Source: Thalia democratica (lineage: Eukaryota). Taken from it: a stretch of 64,000 nt of DNA. Each line of letters begins with the position of its first letter. The first letter of the stretch is position 1. Where the stretch lies: the NCBI GenBank assembly GCA_965202585.1, contig OZ241828.1, forward strand, positions 48,174,001 to 48,238,000. Reading direction: 5' to 3'. The notes beneath the pieces are model-generated. The model saw only the letters and a program-made list of their open reading frames with translations. It ran no database searches and was not told where the DNA came from. The position numbers and the translations under genes are program-made. This document shows positions 54,201 through 64,000 of this stretch, one piece after another.

Positions 54201-57200
54201 GTTTAAAATGAAACTCTTAGTAAAGTTTAAAGAAACCAGATGACGTGTAAAAATTAATTAATCTAAAACAACTAGAAATAAAAACGAATGATAGTTACAG
54301 CATAAATGGTAATTGTGTTCAAAAAAACCTTCAAGCTTCTTTTGTTGTCTTCGAATCAAACTAAGGGATGGCAAAGTTGAAAAAACTCCCCTTATTACAT
54401 CGGTTATTTGCACCATGGGTTCACCACTTAAAATATCAATTTAGTTTTCATCAACCAATTGACCAGTTATCTTACTGCATAAGTATATGCAACAAAACTT
54501 TATGTTCTCAAAAATAGATAAACTATTCTTTGTCGACTGTAAACATTATGCTATACTATATATTTCATAGTTTAAAACTTAAGTATACTTTTGATGTTAG
54601 GTATGACTATATAAATATATTACAATCTTAATTTTAAGTCTTATAGAGATTAATACATTTTTTATTAAATTTAGTTAGAATAATACTAAATTACTAGTTC
54701 ATTTAAAATTCAATTTTATTTTTAAGTCACTCATTTTGTTCATTTAAGTGATTTATATTTATAACTTATTATTTCTGTATTTAAACAACTGAAAAAACTC
54801 TTAGTTTAATGATTAAAAAATACTTGCTTTAGGTTGTAATATATTTCATGAAATAGATCACAATCAACAGATTTACAGATAAAAATAAAGCTTGCTTAAA
54901 ACTGAGTAACACAATAATTCAACAAACCAACCTTCCGAACTTGGGACCAAAAGCTAACAGGCAGGAATCAGCGAGTGCTTGCTCTTCCAGATGACTTATG
55001 ATGATATTTTCGCTCCTGCGGCTCACCCCGCTCGAACAAACCGAATCAGCAGACGACATTTTCTTCCTGCCATCGCTCGCTCGCTTGTTCCCTTCCAACT
55101 TTTCCCGCTCCTTCTTGCTTCGTGCTAACATCCGGGATGCCAGCTTCACTACAGTTCTCATTGTAGGGAATTCCCTTCCAGGCTGTTTAAAGATAGTATT
55201 TTAGATATTTTAGATTCGGTTATGTATAAAGTGTCAACACATTAAGTTTTTAAAATTCATTTCTAAAAGAAAGTTGATTTATAGAATAATGTACACCATA
55301 AAGCTGTTCGTAGAGTTTTTGAGCAATATAATGTTTTATAAGATTCTAATCTTCCACTTAATATCCTTAAAATATCCCTAGATAAATTCTGCAATTATAT
55401 CTATTCTAAATATAATAACAAAATATCTATGTAGTTGAAAATTGTTTCGCTGCCTTTCGCCGGAAAATATAGTCTATTTAGCGAAGAAACTTTACAAATA
55501 TATACATTAACTCAATTATATATTCTTAATTTACGACATTTTATAATCTAATTATATTAAGATATGCTTGCAAACGATTTAACTTTCAAATTATTGTAAA
55601 TGTTGTATACAATTAAAACTTTGTTAATTTCTGCTTAACTAGTTAAGTTATTTCTGTTACTCAAGTTTTTATTTTAAGCTTTTTTAATCTTTCGAGGCGC
55701 TTGAAAATTATTTTTTTGATCCAATGGAACTTACTTGTCGAGATATATCATAAAACTCAAACATGGAAGCCCGTGAAATGAGATTGTTGAAAGCTAGCAC
55801 GAGCTTCTTCGAAAGTCTTTTGGCATCGATGAAACCTCCTGCGACTAGCCAAACCTGACAGTGAAATACTCAACTTACACAAAATTACAATCTCTTAGAA
55901 ATAATTGTTTCATAACACTAATTGATAGTATAAAATTTAAAATAAGACTACATTGTACTATAAAAACACCTAAAACAGTAAATATATATATTAACTTATG
56001 ATTTTGTATAACTTCGTTCGTTAAAAATATATTAATTTTAAACAAAGAAAAAAAAATAAAAGTAATACCAAAGCTAAACAGTTATTAAATATTATTAATC
56101 ACAGCTAAAAAAATTGTAAGAAAGCGGTACAACGTCTTATTTGTTACTTGTAAAAGCAATAAATTTTTATAAAAATAAATTTTTTAGCCAGTTTTATTAC
56201 AACTCCTTAAAAAAAAGTACGTAAGTAAACTAAATCGAATGTTACGTTTTTTAAACATATATCAAATTTTAAGCGTCTAATCTACCTTGCAATCTGAGCT
56301 ATAAATACTTAACCAAGTACATCTTTACCACTTTTATTTCGTGTTTTACTATTAATCTTACACAAATAAATCTTACTTCAGCTAGCTTTTCGAAATCAGG
56401 CTGGATTAAAAAAACTGTTCTCATGGCGCTCTTCATATTGTTCGGTATTTTAGGCAAAGCACTGTAAATTTAATGCAGCAATCATGCAACTTATTCTACA
56501 CACTTGATATAAATGTGTACATATTAATTGATTACAAATATTCTGCTTTTTTATGATGTATTGTAACAAAAAAACAATAAAAATAAACTTTAAAAAACAA
56601 ATTAATAACGTTTCTGTCGTTGTAAAATTGAAAATAAAACCAAATCCATGCTTGGCACGAATTAGTTCCCCTTTAAAAAGGATGCAGTCCTCTTTACTGT
56701 TATCTACTTGATTTGTACAAAAGTCATGTGGATTAAGGACATCAACCATTTTAAAACCTTTTGGAATTTTCTCAGCTTCTGAGAGAAAGCTATTATCTTG
56801 ATCATTTACTTTGAAATCTCGCAAAGCTACTAGAGAGGGTGTCTTCTAAAAAAAATTATTGTTTTGTTTATAAAAATTATTTCTATTAACTTCTTTTATT
56901 TAGGTTAGTCATTTAAACATATTTACAGGTATTTCAAAGCTTTTTAATCTGTTTATTTTTTTTAATAGTAATATTAAAGTATCAAATATTTCCACGTACA
57001 ATAATCAAACATTAAAACAATTGATTAACAAAATCCAACTTTTAAATCGTGCTTCATTCCTATGTTGTATCTTTTTATAACTGCCGAGTTTTCTTGAGAC
57101 TTGATTAGTTTGTAGGAGTGAAAAATATCACTGATGTTCTGTGCTAACGTACTAAGAGATTTCATGGGAAGAAGCTCAGCGTGAGACAAACACAACCAAC

Positions 57201-60200
57201 TGCCCGTCTGCACAGCTCCAACTAAGCACCTGTTATTATTCTTGTAATTTTAAAAATATTCTTTTTTTCATAAAAAAGTACTTTATTTATTTTCAAAAAA
57301 GTTTTGTTTCAAAAAGGGATAAATTTAGTCAAAGTATAGCAATTATGAAGTCCAAAACTACACAGATCAACGTTTAATAAATCAAACAGAAGTGTTAAAG
57401 TAAGTTTAGTACTTACTTGTTGATTATTTGGATGCTGGATTGCTTGGCGCAGTCAAAGTTAAACAGCGGTTTTGCGTATAAGCGAGCCAGTTCTTGAGTG
57501 GTGACGGACTTACCCACTCCAGACACTCCGCTAACTCCAACAGCGAAACCAGCACGAAGTCCAGCCAGCGTATTGTACATGCACCTGTGGAAGATAAAAA
57601 ATCTCTTACAAATATTTGATGCAAATTCGTGGTTTTTTTAACCATATATTTTATGCAATATTTGTAATGTTTTCACAGCTGAAAGTATTAAAACCATAAG
57701 GATAAAGGTCTAGAAGAAGATCATTTTAAATAGTAACTTTTAAAACTTACTTTGCGAAATCTAAATACAACTTTATAGGTAAGATTTTTTAACAGAAAAT
57801 TAATTTTTTTATGAACGTTTGTAATGCATTTGTGAGATCAACATTTATATTTACATATCATAGTTTCTGTGTTTAAAGTAAGAACTCGAAGAGGACAGTG
57901 CATTTAATTGTCAATTTTTTATTTCGAAAACTGATAGCTAAAACCGATAAATTTATTTTGATAATTTACTACGAATAACAATAAAATTGTCGAATTAAAA
58001 CTAACATATAACTATTTAAAGCAGTTTCCAAAATAAACCTTTTTATTTTCTTCAACCTTGACTTTTATGTATATTTATTTTATTACACAAGGCAAAAATT
58101 AATTAAACTAAGAAAAAACATGTTATGCTAATAAAAAATTATAAAAAGATTAGTTTTAATCTACAAACCAAATACACATTTAAACTACATGAGGAACGTA
58201 AATAATAAACATCATATTCGTGACGTACATACAAGTTGAAACAGACCTTTCAGTTGTAGGTGTCATGACAACACCAGAACAAAAGGTCGAGTTCGGGTTA
58301 GAAGTTTGGTAGAGAGTCTGAAATTCAAACCCGTAATCTTCATACTCGCCCATTTGCTCAACAAAGCACCGCTTAACCGACACTTGTCTGGATAACTCAT
58401 TGTTCGCATTGTCATCCGTATCTTCAAACGGCTTGAGCTTCAACTTTTGATAGTCGTTTATCTCAGCTGATGGCCTACAAATTACTAAACTTCAACTATC
58501 TTAATCCAAAAAATATATTAAGAAAATTAAAAAACTTTTAAATTCTAGAGTTTTATCATGATTTAAGTTGTATTTTAACTGGATAGTTTATTTTTACATA
58601 AACAAATTTAATTTTAACATAAATTTTTATATATAAAAAAAAATTAGTGTGATAACTAAAGAAAGCTAATGTTATAAAGAACACTAAAAACTGCAAAAAT
58701 AATAAATTTGCACCATAATAACTTTTTTTAATAAAAAAAAATATTACTTAATGTTGCTTTCATATTTGTTTTTTATATAAACTGATTTAAAAATAATTAG
58801 TATAGATCAAACTTAAAATATTTGAAAACTAGTATACATTTCAGCTAAAACTCAATAAAATATGTTTTTATAACAAAAAACTTACTTGATTAGTATTTGC
58901 CATTCGTAGGAATTAATGGAAGGTCTTTTGTTTTGAATAATTCTATTAAGAACATCGCGATGAAAAGATATTTGCAAAATTATTGCAGAAAGCAAGTTTT
59001 TAGCCCTCCTCACAATAGTTGATGGATTACTTTGAGAGTTTTTCAGTTTCGTCAGCTCAACTTGAACTTGACTGTATTACAAACAATTTTTTTTTAATTT
59101 GTAACCACGAGTCAGCGAACTTTAAAGAAATTTATTTAAAAAACATATTTAAACAACTAATGTTTTTATTTAACTTTTTAATACATGATACATGTAACTT
59201 AATGAATTAAATAATTTTTGGTTTATGGTAATACTTTAGTACCATTTAATGAATTCAAAAACCAATCAAAAATTTTAACCTAGCAGAATTAGTTCGATGA
59301 TGCAGCTCCAACAATATCTTTTCATATTCTCTTATGTCAACTTGACTTAGCAAGCACTTTCTTAATTTTCGGTAAAAAAAAACATCTCTACAGAACAACA
59401 CTACTTGACTAGGATACTTCAGTAACCAATGACTGTGAATTAATTACAAAGTTATATTTTATTGTTGAAATCACTACCTTATTTTTTCTTAGTTAACAGA
59501 AATGTAATATATTTAAGCATATAAATATCAACAAACTGTAAAATAAAATACATAACTACTACCTAAACACTACTTAAATTGAGAACTTTCTATTGTTTGA
59601 CTTAAAGCAAACTACAATATAAATATTGTTAATTAAATAATAATGTATAGCTTTTATTTTCAAAATTTTAATGAATTAACTAAATTTTGATTTTCAGTGA
59701 ATTTAAATTAATTTCCTGGTCATTTTCAAAGCAATATTTAAGTTTTAACAAATTTATTTTATCTTAACTATAACTATTATTTACCTATGATTAAGTATAA
59801 AAGCTTAATTTATAACCAAAATTGTTATGAACTATTATCATCCTAATAATTTTTTTTTTACTGTGGCAAAAGCTTAACTTACTGAAAATCGTCTTCTAAA
59901 AAGTGTTCACCTTCAACTTCACAAATTTCTTCTAGTAAATCACTCATAGAAGTTCTTACTTCTAAAATATTTTTTAATGTATTATTGTTTAATGAAAAAA
60001 AAAATAGTAGTAAGTAGTATTATAAAACTTAGTAGTAAAATAATTATAAAAGTAGTAATATAAGTTATTTATTTTTCGAACACTGGTTTAAAACAAGAAA
60101 CATTCCTAAACTTTAATTGATACAACTAACTAGAAACATCTATTTTATTGAAAGATAATATTTCAAAAAGCAATAGGCGAATCTTAATAACTATCTACAA

Positions 60201-63200
60201 TAATGTTTAGTGTTAAAAGACCAGTTTAAGACTATACATATATTGTATCAAACTACCTTACTAATCATTAATTAAAAATTAACGAATTAATCTAACGTTA
60301 ACTTTAAATACCTTTGCATCTAGTTTTTTTTTATGTTTATTATTTAACATTAGTACTTAATTATCTTTTATTAAACTATAAATTACTATCTTTATAAATT
60401 ATAAGACATAAACTAAAATGATTAAACCTATGTAAAATATTAAAATTTCAATGTGTATTTATCACATACTTTTTCATAATACAGTAGTATTTTAATTATT
60501 TTTTACAAGTTTATTTAGACTTTTTTTTAAATGACTCAATTTTAAACTGTCTGTAATCATATAGTTAAGTAAAAAACGTATTTCCAAATTGTGCAAACTT
60601 TTTTATTAAATTGCGTGATTGGCTCTTTTAAAATAGTTCTGTTGTTCAAACTTTAAAGGAGTACGAAAACAAATAAAGTCTAATTAATTGCTAATAAAAT
60701 ATAAACACATTAGTTCTATACAATAAAAAATATACGTGTATTTGAAGTCAAGCCTTCACATAGAGCTTTGTATGTCATAGACTTTATTGAGTTGAAAAGG
60801 TTATTTTCAAAGTTTTTCAACCACTGGGTAGAATCGGCCTGTGGAACCACTGGAGATATCTTCACTTTTTCTCCAAAGCTTCCCTCACAAGCAACTGCTT
60901 CTAGCCTTGAATAATAATTACAAATATTCAAACAAATAAAAATCACAGATAGGTGTCAAAAATGCACGATGAGACACTTTTGCACAAAGGGTCACTTTTG
61001 CACGTAGACACTTTTGCACGGGTTAAAACTTTTTTTTTCTTTTTTTTTTATACTATTTTATTTTATTGTTTTTACTATTATTGTTACCCCTAACCCTTAC
61101 CCTTGAGTGTTTTTTTTCTTGGTGTTTGATTAATTATTTTATTTATCTATTTTTTTACTATTACTGTTACCCCCAACTCTTACCCTTGATCGGTAACTTT
61201 AATCATTACCAATTATTAATTTTTTCTTTCTTTTATTTTTTTAATTTTTTGTTTTACTATCACTGTTACCCCTAACCCTTACCCTTGGTATGTTTATTTA
61301 TTTTATTCACTTTTTGTTTTTAATTTTTTTACAATCACTGTTACCCCTAACCTTACCCTTGGTCGAATTTTTTTTATGTTTCTTTTTACTCTTGTACAAA
61401 CTTATCACTCGTGCAAAAAAGACCCCTGGTGCAAAAGTGTCTTCGTGCATATTTGACCCGTCCCCAATAATCGCATATAAATAATGGCATTAAAAGATAA
61501 ATATAAGACTACTTAAAGTCTTCTAAGCTAACAATAAGTGTTGTACTTATTTACAAGTGAACGTCGATATCCACGTGTATTGCTGTTTTCAAATTAGCAA
61601 GTGGCATTTGAAACTCCACAGTGGAGCACGAGGGGAAGCACTCGCGAACAAACGGGATCATCGCGCGCGGTTGCCTGGAAAATCCCACCAGCTGAATGCA
61701 CGCCTCATCGCTCAAGAAAAACATTCTAAAATATTTTAATGTTTTATTGTAGTATTGTTTTATTCTCGGTTGTAAGGAAAAGAATGTATAATGAATTTTT
61801 TTTTTCAAGTTTTGAGTAACTAAAAAATAAAATAATAATGTATATGTTTAAGTAAACTATTAAAAAAGATTTTCAGTTCAAATTTACAACTAAACTAGTT
61901 CTGCTTAAAAATATCTTATATTTATTTTTAAATCTAATTACAATTTATCAGAACTTACATCAGTAAAAACTAATTCTTTTAACGCAGAACTTACAATAAC
62001 TCGAGTCAACTGCTTAAGTATTCATTAATATAGTAATTCAAGTATATTTACTACTTAAATAGAACAAGTTAAAGCTAAAAGTTACTAACATAGTTCTTTA
62101 GAAAATTTACAACCTATTTTTTAATGTTTTTATCTTTTTTTTTTGAAGAAAACTTTTTTTTTATACAATTCAATGTTATTATAGTCGGTTTTAAAATTTT
62201 ATACCTTGGAAATTTACAGCGAAATTCGTCGAGGATATGAGACATCTGCAACAACAGCTGGTCCTGAAGGTGCATGCACTTTTGCATGTGCTTCCTCAAT
62301 ATTTCACCTTGCATTTTTCTAAAGCCAGGTTGACCCGGTAGTCTACACAAAGAAGAAGCTTTTAATTTAAAATAAATTTTTTAAGGTAGTTTTCTTTTAC
62401 TCAAAGTAAGTTTATCTAAAAGTAAATGTATAAACAATGTTTAAACTTTCAATATATAAAGAAAATTGAGTGAAATAAGTGTAATAAAAATAAATAGATA
62501 GCAAACATATAAAACTTAACGTAAGATGATAAACCAATATTACATACTTAATATATTCTGACTTGTGAAAACTTTAAAATTACATTATTCTATTTCTTTT
62601 TTTAATTTAACTAGTCTGAATTAATTCAACAACCAAACAAATTAGTATTATTTGCAATAAAAATGTTAAAGTAGTACAGCTAACTTGACTTCTCAAGCAT
62701 TTTAATAAAACAAAATTATTAGATAGGTTATAAACATATCTAACATCACTAAAGTATAGAATTGTGTAACAATGATTTGTTATGACTTAATAAATAATTA
62801 TTTTTCATCTTACACACGGAAACTGTAAAACAAGACCTTTACACAAACTTAACATCTAAATTATAAATTTTAAAAAGCATGCTTGAAAAACCTTGACAAA
62901 ACAGATAAAACTTTAGGTTCTTCTGCCACAGATGTAATAAATTCACGGTATAGTTTATCTATGATGAGAAAACTGTTTCTTAAATGAGTTAATCTATCAG
63001 CAATATAAGCATCTGCGTTGAACACACGGTTTAAATACACCCACTTGTTCTGACAAGACTGCCAAGTAAGCAAAAGTTCGTTGATCTATAAAAAAAAGAG
63101 TAAAGTTAATAAAATCAAACTTACATAAAAACTATAAATTCAAATGTATAAATTATCTTAGATGCAAAAAAAACACATAACAAAACGTTGTTCTACGATT

Positions 63201-63487
63201 TATGTAATTTCTATGTAGTCAGTGTCTAATGAATACGTACCCAATAGCGTGTTTTCTATAAAAAACAATAAAAATCCAAATCATGGCAAACTTCAACTGA
63301 TTAACTAACTTGATTCAATGTTCCGTCCCACACCTTGGCAGCAGGTCTCATTTCTTGACCATGTTTTGAATGGAGCATAAAGTGAAGGAATATATGGCTA
63401 TCAGCAATTTGTTCGAATATCTTGTCAACTTCTGCCAATACAAAAGTTCCACTATCTACTTCCTGGATAAGGTTTTCTTCTACTTTA
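12971..63487 (-). CDS. DNHD1: Divergent dynein heavy chain, DNHD1-like (dynein heavy chain domain-containing 1); 5'-truncated by window edge; 73 exons, about 12.0 kb CDS / about 4,000 aa in window
   Basis: Exons were assembled by hand with GT-AG borders; the phases agree at every junction from exon 1 onward. In transcription order: 63310-63487 (acceptor uncertain), 62892-63085, 62205-62342, 61555-61725, 60736-60905, 59883-59961, 59280-59432, 58886-59071, 58247-58474, 57417-57584, 57040-57229, 56610-56845, 56377-56461, 55735-55854, 54932-55182, 54329-54426, 54024-54171, 53799-53943, 53059-53173, 52011-52145, 51759-51885, 51440-51625, 51101-51305, 50711-50892, 49010-49168, 48168-48309, 47637-47784, 47253-47485, 45913-46089, 44784-44885, 44596-44709, 42735-42846, 42413-42577, 42179-42261, 42066-42111, 41780-41854, 41307-41503, about 40770-40905, 40191-40425, 39853-39974, 39542-39742, 39280-39376, 38780-38922, 38375-38482, 35963-36077, 35524-35776, 34042-34226, 32800-32893, 32320-32492, 32051-32144, 31158-31349, 28973-29152, 28387-28636, 28059-28201, 27545-27637, 26825-27036, 26256-26499, 25881-26015, 25465-25677, 25082-25261, 18536-18779, 18216-18416, 18029-18095, 17414-17966, 16981-17204, 16434-16632, 16086-16224, 15568-15602, 14990-15145, 14528-14709, 14059-14185, 13437-13663, 12971-13196 (TGA). 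Dynein motifs appear in the correct order: WVYLNRVF, KFPRMFFLSD, VMTPTTERC, RWIVLDG..ASPAIVS, PRLLRHF, VRLWLHECTRVFYDRL, YDKDHM, LRPHH, FLHAVLVTR, FNCPVW. Dynein heavy chain identity is near certain. The DNHD1 orthology rests on the degenerate AAA1 Walker B and on insertion pattern recalled from memory. Confidence 0.8.
19728..20361 (+). CDS. Nested antisense gene: 189-aa N-terminally anchored membrane protein with juxtamembrane CCCC
   Basis: Exons 19728-19962 and 20027-20361 are joined by a 64-nt GTATGT...CTCCTAAC...TAAAG intron in phase 1. This merges the two ORF-track entries. It lies inside dynein intron 18780-25081. Confidence 0.7.
21114..21931. mobile_element. Foldback MITE with tandem CACTTTAGCAC subterminal repeats (MULE-like)
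   Basis: TIR ggggtaagtgtcagaaaag...cttttctgacccgtcccc. The left arm has 8 near-perfect cores in 16/18-nt units; the right arm has 4 inverted cores. Confidence 0.8.
23979..24314. mobile_element. MULE-like MITE, TTTTGCACG family
   Basis: About 55-bp near-perfect TIR aagtggtaacggttcaaaattgcacgaagggtcaattttgcacgaag..., with the telomere-like module in reverse at 24148-24180. Confidence 0.85.
25082..28636 (-). CDS. Dynein AAA5 / strut region
   Basis: FLFDPDERAPKWL; RLFITTN; LEQQLDSEVLFLRWPQFE; SFIDDDDLTKLV; MIEQLTKTFIQSI. Confidence 0.85.
29193..29897. mobile_element. Kolobok-like non-autonomous element (TTAA-flanked, GG...CC termini)
   Basis: ttaa|ggccatagcgggg ... tccccctatgtcc|ttaa, with internal inverted segments homologous to 36594-37126. 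TTAA TSD with RR termini is the Kolobok signature. Confidence 0.7.
30022..30075. repeat. (TA)n-rich low-complexity tract
   Basis: atatatatatatatacatatataaattatatttatttatatataacaatatat. Confidence 0.75.
30263..30655. mobile_element. CCAGGTTTT-family MITE
   Basis: caggattgccc left end, cluster of ccaggttttt repeats at 30560-30655, and shared internal motif with 12.4 and 35.3 kb. Confidence 0.55.
30670..30815. mobile_element. Solo right arm of TTTTGCACG-family MITE
   Basis: Repeated cttcgtgcaattt units ending ttttgacccgtttcc, matching the termini at 2983, 24314 and 61465. Confidence 0.75.
31158..36077 (-). CDS. Dynein stalk coiled coils and microtubule-binding domain
   Basis: CC1 RFDKVVTRVRLLKNEI; MTBD PLFDMAVEALRHLSYTDLLEIKRYQSPPIGTVKVIECLCRMF..LEFYDKDHM..AELCRWIHAV; CC2 ending at CYGDALLTAACSIYQG. 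Confidence 0.9.
33257..33391. mobile_element. Short hAT-like MITE
   Basis: cagggtttcctaaa...aaatgagtttggtaaacttta, with a degenerate 8-bp TSD ctctaaat/gtgtaaat. Confidence 0.55.
34469..34568. repeat. About 100-nt near-perfect inverted repeat (mini-MITE / hairpin)
   Basis: actatttatttatgaccggtttcggtgaaaaaaacatctga pairs with tcagattattttctcacaaaaccggtcataaataaaatagt around an 18-nt loop. Confidence 0.75.
35112..35487. mobile_element. CCAGGTTTT-family MITE (CAGGGTTGCCA-type TIR)
   Basis: caggtttcca ... tggcaaccctg termini, with an internal atgatagattt motif. Confidence 0.6.
36594..37126. mobile_element. Kolobok-like non-autonomous element with long TIRs
   Basis: ttaaagggcatacggggggtaaacacc ... 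ggtgttaacccccctatgccc|ttaa. The arms are inverted for about 190 bp (tgagatatagtcggtc / gaccgactatatctca). Confidence 0.8.
37171..37362. mobile_element. MULE-like MITE with AAAATCCAC subterminal repeats and telomere-like module
   Basis: atcaaaatccaccca / tgggtggattttgat; 9-bp TSD tgttttatt / tgttttact (8/9); module at 37270-37303. Confidence 0.8.
38375..40425 (-). CDS. Dynein AAA4 module (Walker A degenerate)
   Basis: FVVNHVTRLSRLL..HALILSSDVAISGGKSLVRLLARL; FLSRVKKNLCIVI; LIDFYRSWP. Confidence 0.85.
42935..43312. mobile_element. MULE-like MITE, ACAATTCAAATTC family, copy A
   Basis: gggtgctcaattgaaattcagacaattc ... aattgtcacgtaacc; flanks gttttaccc / agtttactc (6/9). Confidence 0.7.
43726..44145. 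mobile_element. MULE-like MITE, ACAATTCAAATTC family, copy B
   Basis: ggttacatgacaatt ... aattgtcgtgcaccc; TSD gtttttagt / gcttatagt (7/9). A solo arm of the same family is at about 23475-23530. Confidence 0.75.
44596..47784 (-). CDS. Dynein AAA3 module
   Basis: Walker A VLLLGDHGCGKT; HFFLEDL; ELLRQ; VSPRLLRHF; KPHYVFTLNDVGKVLK. Confidence 0.9.
45188..45269. repeat. (AAC)n microsatellite, about 27 units
   Basis: Perfect aac run in an intron, followed by a short (TAA)n. Confidence 0.95.
46184..46400. mobile_element. Kolobok-like fragment
   Basis: ttaaggtcacaggggtcaa start; acgcatagacccaaattttttgtggtccaattt resembles 29360-29395. Confidence 0.4.
50102..50521. mobile_element. hAT-like MITE with intact 8-bp TSD
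   Basis: cagggtttcctaaa ... tttgggaaatctta, flanked by perfect atctacat direct repeats (50094-50101, 50522-50529). Confidence 0.8.
51101..54426 (-). CDS. Dynein AAA2 module
   Basis: Walker A VIITGQCGSGKT (exon 54024-54171); FPNAHSVEALYGSF..WSKGIL; RWIVLDG..WID..FESSSLTAASPAIVSQC. Confidence 0.9.
54932..58474 (-). CDS. Dynein AAA1 module (degenerate)
   Basis: YGFEF..VMTPTTERC; Walker A GVSGVGKS (57506-57529); GSWLCLSHAELLP at the Walker B position; IPNNMKSAMRTVFLIQPDFEKLAEVWLVAGGF. Confidence 0.9.
60736..63487 (-). CDS. Dynein linker region (exons 1-5 in window)
   Basis: TFVLAEVDKIFEQIADSH..VWDGTLNQINELLLTWQSCQNKWVYLNRVF..FRCKFPRMFFLSD..WLKNFENNL matches the dynein DHC_N2 linker pattern (WLKVQ-WLYLEPIF, FPRFFFLS, WL..VE). 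Confidence 0.9.
60947..61465. mobile_element. MULE-like MITE, TTTTGCACG family, with four telomere-like modules
   Basis: TIRs gtcaaaaatgcacga..acacttttgcacaaagggtc / gacccctggtgcaaaagtgtcttcgtgcatatttgacccgtcccc; 9-bp flanks aaaaatcac / aataatcgc (7/9). Confidence 0.85.
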
Positions 63488-64000
63488 CTTAAGTAAATTT
63501 AGCAACAATTCTTTTATAAGAAGTCAGTATAAAGACCTATTTTAGGCAAAACTATTTGTTCAGTCTTTCAATTAATTTATTTCAAATAAAAAAAGTATTT
63601 GGAACTTTAAAACAAACAAAAGGTGTTTTTTTAATATTTTATATATCTAAAAAACAACTTTTTATTCTGTTTTCGAATTCCAAATAAACATTTCTTAAAT
63701 TTTTTTTTAATTTAAAAATTATTACTTTTTACTTAAGGAATGTTTCGTAAAATTTGAAGTTTCAGCTCATAAAACAAAAAAAGTAAGTAGATTTTTAGTG
63801 AACTTTTAGTTTTTGAAGCATGATATATTCGAAAACTTCTTATAAATTTGAACATATCTCAAAATTTAATTTAAACTTTTTATCGGACAAAAAGTGATTT
63901 ACAGCTTACCTATCGAATAATCAAACCTAAGAGTCAGTGTAAAACACCCAGCCGGCCTTAGAAATAATTTTAATAAATTAGCTTAAGACTATAAAGGTGT

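Overview
Very AT-rich eukaryotic (probably invertebrate animal) genomic DNA. The species cannot be determined from the sequence. Most of the window (12971-63487, minus strand) is the 3' ~4,000 codons of one highly divergent dynein heavy chain gene, best matching DNHD1-like. I hand-assembled 73 exons with consistent GT-AG phases, from the linker through AAA1-AAA6, the stalk/MTBD and the C-terminal domain to the stop. The 5' end lies beyond the right edge. The motor looks catalytically dead in AAA1 (Walker B DE replaced by SH; trans arginine finger R replaced by Q) but keeps a well-conserved microtubule-binding domain. Its largest intron (18780-25081) holds an antisense two-exon gene for a 189-aa membrane-anchored, Cys-clustered, Tyr-motif protein. 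Left of the dynein stop are an unrecognised minus-strand multi-exon gene (about 9.4-11.4 kb), a 58-aa TM microprotein/terminal exon and some plus-strand exon candidates. Introns carry many non-autonomous DNA transposons: Mutator-like elements with 9-bp TSDs and a shared telomere-like module, TTAA-flanked Kolobok-like elements and hAT-like elements. There is also an (AAC)n microsatellite. I found no rRNA, tRNA, CRISPR array or autonomous transposase. All alignments and family assignments were made by eye or from memory; no database searches were run.
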